From assembly GCA_943789475.1 (NCBI GenBank), contig CALSUG010000006.1, positions 41,834 through 105,833 on the forward strand: 64,000 nucleotides of DNA. The letters are read 5' to 3'. This DNA is from an uncultured Alphaproteobacteria bacterium. Lineage in GTDB: Bacteria; Pseudomonadota; Alphaproteobacteria; Micavibrionales; UBA1664. This document shows, piece after piece, positions 59,059 to 64,000 of the stretch (its first letter is position 1; each line of letters starts with the position of its first letter). The position numbers and the translations under genes are program-made. The notes under the pieces are model-generated. The model was not told the origin of the DNA and ran no database searches. It worked only from the letters and a program-made list of their open reading frames with translations.

Positions 59059-59613
59059 GTGCCATTTATACAAACAGATATTCCTGATGTCATTATTTTT
59101 GAACCACGCATTTTTGAAGATGATCGCGGTTATTTTTTCGAAAGCTATAACCAAAAATTATTTTCTAACGCAGGAATCAACACACATTTCGTACAAGATA
59201 ACCAGTCAAAATCTGAATATGGAACAATACGTGGATTACATTTTCAATCTGGTGCTTTTGCACAAGCTAAATTGGTTAGGGCCATAGAAGGAAGAGTTTT
59301 AGATGTTGCCGTTGATTTGCGCCATCAATCGTCAACCTATGGACAACATGTTTGTGTTGAATTAAATGCAAAAAACAAACAACAACTATTCATTCCTCGA
59401 GGATTCGCGCATGGTTTTTCCGTCTTAAGCGACACTGCCATTTTCACCTATAAATGTGATAATTTTTATTCCCCGCATCACGAGGGCGGAATTATATATA
59501 ACGATATTGAATTGAACATTGATTGGAAAATCGACGATGGTAATGCATTACTGTCCCTTAAAGATCAAAAACTCAAAACGTGGAATGAATACAAGGATAA
59601 ACCGTGCTTTTAG
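59059..59613 (+). CDS. rmlC: dTDP-4-dehydrorhamnose 3,5-epimerase
   Basis: DDRGYFFE, RGLHFQ and GFAHGF motifs. Confidence 0.96.
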   Translation: MPFIQTDIPDVIIFEPRIFEDDRGYFFESYNQKLFSNAGINTHFVQDNQSKSEYGTIRGLHFQSGAFAQAKLVRAIEGRVLDVAVDLRHQSSTYGQHVCVELNAKNKQQLFIPRGFAHGFSVLSDTAIFTYKCDNFYSPHHEGGIIYNDIELNIDWKIDDGNALLSLKDQKLKTWNEYKDKPCF

Positions 59614-60458
59614 TATTAGGAGCAAACGGACAATTAGGGCAGGGCTTTAAAAACGCATGGCCTAACGATCGTATTATCTATGTTGATCGTACAGAATGCG
59701 ACATTACAAAGCAGGATCATGTTGCCGCCACATTGGATAGATGCAAACCAACCATTGTTATTAATTGCGCAGCTTATACAGATGTAAATAAAGCCGAGAC
59801 TGATGAAGGTCATGTCGCTTGCACATTAATCAACACAACCGCCGTTGAAATTTTAGCTACAGAAACAGCAAAACGGAACATACCACTTATCCATATTTCA
59901 ACCGATTATGTGTTCGATGGACAAAAAAACACCCCTTACACAACCACGGACACCCCCTCGCCCATTAACTACTACGGGCAATCAAAATTAGATGGTGAAA
60001 ACGCATTTTTAAAATACGCTAGATACGGTGCAATTATTCGTATATCACACCTATCGTCTGAATTTGGAAAAAATATTGTAAAAACATTTCATTCACTATT
60101 AAAAGCACTTCCCGAAATGAAAGTTGTCAGCGATCAAAAAATTTGCCTTACAACAACCGCAGATATCGTTAATTTTGTCTACAAACTTTCCAACCTAAAT
60201 CCTCTAAAAAACAGTAAAAATATTTATCACTTAGGATCAAAAGATGCTTGCACCTTCTTTGACCTAGCTACCGAAATAAAAAATACTATCCAATCTAAGA
60301 CAGCCTTAACCCCTATCTCATTAGAATCATTTTCTGGTCCTGTAAAACGTCCGCTTTATTCTGTTTTAGATACCCAATCAGCTCAAGAAATTATAGATTG
60401 CCCCTCATGGAAAAAAAGCGTTCATAACATCATTCAAACATTGGAGGAAGAACAATGA
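59604..60458 (+). CDS. rmlD: dTDP-4-dehydrorhamnose reductase
   Basis: GANGQLG, STDYVFDG and YGQSK motifs. Confidence 0.93.
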   Translation: MLLVLGANGQLGQGFKNAWPNDRIIYVDRTECDITKQDHVAATLDRCKPTIVINCAAYTDVNKAETDEGHVACTLINTTAVEILATETAKRNIPLIHISTDYVFDGQKNTPYTTTDTPSPINYYGQSKLDGENAFLKYARYGAIIRISHLSSEFGKNIVKTFHSLLKALPEMKVVSDQKICLTTTADIVNFVYKLSNLNPLKNSKNIYHLGSKDACTFFDLATEIKNTIQSKTALTPISLESFSGPVKRPLYSVLDTQSAQEIIDCPSWKKSVHNIIQTLEEEQ

Positions 60459-61438
60459 ACGTCATCAGAAAAATATTTGGGTTAAAGCCAAAATATAAAT
60501 TAAAAACAAAATCTTACAAAATCTTTCAAAAAACATTAATTACAATTAACACAGATGAAAAATCACATAATGAAATCGTTATCTTAACAAAACCTCATAC
60601 AAGTTATTTCGCAAATTTACTCGGTTTTCATTTTGCACAACATGGAATAAATAGCATAATAACCCCCTATGATATTCCAACAAAAACAATCAGTCACAAA
60701 ATTGTTTTTTGCCCTCAAACATACGATAATTTACCTAATGGGTATATTGGATATCAAACGGAACAAACAACAAACGATCGTTTTTTTCAACCCGCACACC
60801 TAGATATTCTAAAAAAATCATCAATCATGATTGATTACGCCCTGGGTAACATTAATTTTCTAAAACCACAAATGCCCAACACTCAATTTTATCATTTACC
60901 TGTGGCATATTGTCCTAATTACACCTCATTTTTAATTAAGCATGATCTCATATCAAACAATGACATTTATCCAGATGATGATAGACCATACGATGTTGTT
61001 TTTTATGGTGACCCTCGCAATGAAAGACGCCAAGCCTATCTAAGTGAACTTCAAAAACATTTTAAAATAAAAATTATTTGCGGCGTCTTTGGTATGGACG
61101 TTGTCAAAGAACTTCTAAAGGCAAAAATCATCGTCAATATTCATTATTTCGATCAAGCTATATTAGAGATTGGCCGCATCTATGAATCCATGTCTTTAGG
61201 GTGTCACGTCATTTCTGAAAAGGCAATTGATCAAGAAGCACATGCTGGGTTAGAAGAATTTGTTGATTTCACAGAAATTGATGATATTCAGGGCATGGTA
61301 ACAGCGGTTGAGCACGCCCTCAACAATCAAAAACATCGAACTGACACTAAAAACAAAGCCCTAAAAAGCAACCTTGATACGACATTAATCAAAAATTTTG
61401 ATACATTCATCACGGATATATACAAAAAAGGATCATAA
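60455..61438 (+). CDS. glycosyltransferase-like protein within the rml operon
   Basis: DVVFYG...RR, AKIIVNIHY and RIYESMSLGCHVISE (GT-B C-terminal pattern). Confidence 0.55.
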   Translation: MNVIRKIFGLKPKYKLKTKSYKIFQKTLITINTDEKSHNEIVILTKPHTSYFANLLGFHFAQHGINSIITPYDIPTKTISHKIVFCPQTYDNLPNGYIGYQTEQTTNDRFFQPAHLDILKKSSIMIDYALGNINFLKPQMPNTQFYHLPVAYCPNYTSFLIKHDLISNNDIYPDDDRPYDVVFYGDPRNERRQAYLSELQKHFKIKIICGVFGMDVVKELLKAKIIVNIHYFDQAILEIGRIYESMSLGCHVISEKAIDQEAHAGLEEFVDFTEIDDIQGMVTAVEHALNNQKHRTDTKNKALKSNLDTTLIKNFDTFITDIYKKGS

Positions 61439-61442
61439 CCTT

Positions 61443-62474
61443 ATGAACAAACATGAAAAATCAATTCTAGTTACAGGTGGATGCGGATTTATTGGTGCTA
61501 ATTTTGTACCCTACATGCTTGAAAAATACCCTAATTACAAGATCATCAACCTTGATCTTTTAACCTACGCTGGTGATCTAAAAAATTTAAAAGAAATTGA
61601 AGAACATTCAAATTATTGTTTTGAACAGGGCGATATTTGCGACCGAACAAAAATTGAAAATATCTTTAGAACCCATGACATACGTGGTGTCATACATTTC
61701 GCAGCAGAATCCCACGTCGATAACTCGATCAAAGGGCCCGAACTTTTCTTACAAACAAATATAATGGGTACGTTTACATTATTGGATATCGCGCGGCACC
61801 ATTGGATGAATGCCCCATCACAATATAAAACCGAATACGAAGGATGCCGCTTCCACCACATATCAACTGATGAGGTTTATGGAACATTAGGCGAAACAGG
61901 GCTATTCAAAGAAACGACTGCCTATGCCCCTAATTCCCCCTACTCTGCATCAAAAGCATCCAGTGATTTTATTGCTCGTTCATATCATCATACCTATGGC
62001 ATGAACATCACAATCAGTAATTGTTCCAATAATTATGGCCCAAAACAACATGCAGAAAAACTAATTCCAACTGTTTTACGCAACGCCTTATCTGAAACCC
62101 CTATCCCCATTTATGGCGATGGAAAAAATATTCGCGATTGGCTGTATGTTATCGATCATTGCACAGGAATTGATCATATTTATCACAACGGACAAAGCGG
62201 AGAGACATATAATATTGGTGGTAAAAATGAATTAACCAATTTGGAATTAACGCATCATATCTGCAATTCTCTCGACACATTACGCCCACGCAAAAACGGA
62301 CAATCTTATAAGGAACTGATTGTCTTTGTTACAGATCGCGCAGGCCATGATCAACGTTATGCCATTGATGCATCCAAAATTGAAAATGATTTGGGATGGT
62401 GCGCCGATGAAATTTTTGAAACGGGAATTGCAAAAACTATTGAATGGTATCTAACCACGGGTACATCTTTATAA
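61443..62474 (+). CDS. rmlB: dTDP-glucose 4,6-dehydratase
   Basis: GGCGFIG, AAESHVD, STDEVYG and YSASK motifs. Confidence 0.96.
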   Translation: MNKHEKSILVTGGCGFIGANFVPYMLEKYPNYKIINLDLLTYAGDLKNLKEIEEHSNYCFEQGDICDRTKIENIFRTHDIRGVIHFAAESHVDNSIKGPELFLQTNIMGTFTLLDIARHHWMNAPSQYKTEYEGCRFHHISTDEVYGTLGETGLFKETTAYAPNSPYSASKASSDFIARSYHHTYGMNITISNCSNNYGPKQHAEKLIPTVLRNALSETPIPIYGDGKNIRDWLYVIDHCTGIDHIYHNGQSGETYNIGGKNELTNLELTHHICNSLDTLRPRKNGQSYKELIVFVTDRAGHDQRYAIDASKIENDLGWCADEIFETGIAKTIEWYLTTGTSL

Positions 62475-63674
62475 ATTATCCTTCGATGTGTACTTAATAT
62501 AAAAACTCCATGGAATAAGATTCATTTTTGCCATGAGATAATAAAATGGACGTAAGCGTTCGAACAATTTTTTATATGTTTTATAATCTCTATACGTTTT
62601 CTTTGGCGTTTGCATAATTTTTTCAAATTCGCTCTCTGAAAATCCTAATCGCTTTAAAACAACATCATAAATTTCATAGTCAATATTTGGTTCTGTTTCT
62701 AAAAGCTGCACACCTTCCTCGCGATCCATTTGACCACTACGGATCAATCCACCATATCCTAGCGCGCGCATATCAATATCAAATTTACGTGGCAAATAAT
62801 ATGTATGGTAAAATGCCGTCATTCTATTTTCTAAATGATGCCCACCATACCACTGCCAATCATATTCTTTTGTAATTAACGCCTTGGCTTCATCTTTATT
62901 ATAGTCCAAATACCAGAGGGGTCTTACCTTCTTTATTCGATTGAAAAGCATCCATTTCAATTGACGCATAAATCGAAAGTTCGGAAATGTCTTCATTGGC
63001 TTCTCACCAAACTGATCGTGAACACTATCGATATATTTTGCATCCATGTAGATCCATCCAACAGGGGCAATCCCCTCCGTTTTAAATGAGTGCCCTTCAA
63101 AGATATATTGAATGCCAAACTTTTCAGCGGCCATCCCCAGCACAGCAGCTAATGCAATATCGGTAGGAACTTCTAAATCTGGCGTTCCTGACTTTAAAAA
63201 GGCACGATAAATGTCATCATATTCTTGTGCATTAACAACATACGTCCATAAATCAACGTCTAATTTTTCCAACGCATTTTTTATGTTTTGCTGTGCAATC
63301 GTTGTATTCCATGTGTTATCAAAATGGACGGCCAACATACGTAATCCGTACTTCTTACCAAGATGAAGCATATATGTTGAATCCGCACCACCACTAACCC
63401 CAACAATCACATCGTATTTTTTCCCTTTACCCGCGATTTTAATTTCATCAACAATTTTCACAAATTCTTCTTCGCCCTTTTTTCCTCCTGGAAATTGAGC
63501 ACGCATTTCGTCATCTTTTTCACAGTAGTTACACAATCCCTCATCATTAAATGAGATATGTGGAGTGTCCACATCATACAAGCACCTTGAGCAAGATTGA
63601 ATGTTACGTTTTTTCTCTGTGCGCGCTTTCCAGCTTTGCGCCCATAATTTTTTGTCTGTGTACAACGTTCTCAT
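62469..63674 (-). CDS. N-acetyl sugar amidotransferase (WbuX/WbpG-like)
   Basis: Two CxxC pairs and the PP-loop SGGADS; adjacent to a HisF-like gene. Confidence 0.85.
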   Translation of the reverse strand: MRTLYTDKKLWAQSWKARTEKKRNIQSCSRCLYDVDTPHISFNDEGLCNYCEKDDEMRAQFPGGKKGEEEFVKIVDEIKIAGKGKKYDVIVGVSGGADSTYMLHLGKKYGLRMLAVHFDNTWNTTIAQQNIKNALEKLDVDLWTYVVNAQEYDDIYRAFLKSGTPDLEVPTDIALAAVLGMAAEKFGIQYIFEGHSFKTEGIAPVGWIYMDAKYIDSVHDQFGEKPMKTFPNFRFMRQLKWMLFNRIKKVRPLWYLDYNKDEAKALITKEYDWQWYGGHHLENRMTAFYHTYYLPRKFDIDMRALGYGGLIRSGQMDREEGVQLLETEPNIDYEIYDVVLKRLGFSESEFEKIMQTPKKTYRDYKTYKKLFERLRPFYYLMAKMNLIPWSFYIKYTSKDNL

Positions 63675-63675
63675 T

Positions 63676-64000
63676 TTATTTTTCGTCCAATATTGTTCTT
63701 AATGTTTCATAGTCTGGGAAGTTAATGAGTATACCTCTATTTTTATTTTGATAGACCGCCATACTTCCTAACGCTATTGCATTTGCTCCCGCTTTTTTGG
63801 CGCGTCCAATATCAGCTATCTCACCCGCGCCACCTGCAGCAATAACGGGAATATCAATACAATTAGAAACACTTGAGATCAGATCTAAATCAAATCCATC
63901 CATTTTTCCATCACAATCTATCGAATTAATTAATATCTCACCTGCCCCTGCATTTTCAACAAATTTAGCCCATTCATGAGGCACCCATTTTGTTTTCTTT
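63676..64000 (-). CDS. HisF-like cyclase subunit (HisF2/WbuZ), 5' end outside window
   Basis: GAGEILINSIDCDG and PVIAAGGAG motifs. Confidence 0.85.
   Translation of the reverse strand, partial: KKTKWVPHEWAKFVENAGAGEILINSIDCDGKMDGFDLDLISSVSNCIDIPVIAAGGAGEIADIGRAKKAGANAIALGSMAVYQNKNRGILINFPDYETLRTILDEK

Overview
AT-rich alphaproteobacterial chromosome segment: chpT-cheAY-cheW-cheY-cheB-cheR, yejABE, bactofilin and alpha-type promoters. A Micavibrio-like/Rhodospirillales-related affiliation is only my inference, from gene content that includes a Dot/Icm ATPase. Most genes are housekeeping (glpKD, uvrB, nth, lysS, gloA, kdsB, rpsU, mdh, pgm/galU, sucCD, xth, zapE), with orphan genes wedged between them and a surface-polysaccharide locus (wzx, rmlACDB, wbuX/hisF2-like) at the right end. 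About ten single-base insertions in homopolymer runs break conserved genes (nth, cheA, rimK, yjbH) and look like assembly errors. Best leads: (1) a class II LysRS fused to a DUF2000/Pth2-fold domain; (2) a non-RpoA protein with an N-terminal RNA polymerase alpha-CTD; (3) a lone icmB/dotO inside a housekeeping operon, plus dispersed candidate effectors or hydrolases (permuted NlpC/P60, membrane-anchored CdiA-type RNase, divergent lytic transglycosylase); (4) a convergent pair (repeat-stalk Cys-tipped protein and divergent Nfu) whose promoters share the same palindrome. No rRNA, tRNA, CRISPR or transposase was seen. All family calls come from motif recognition by eye, not from database searches.
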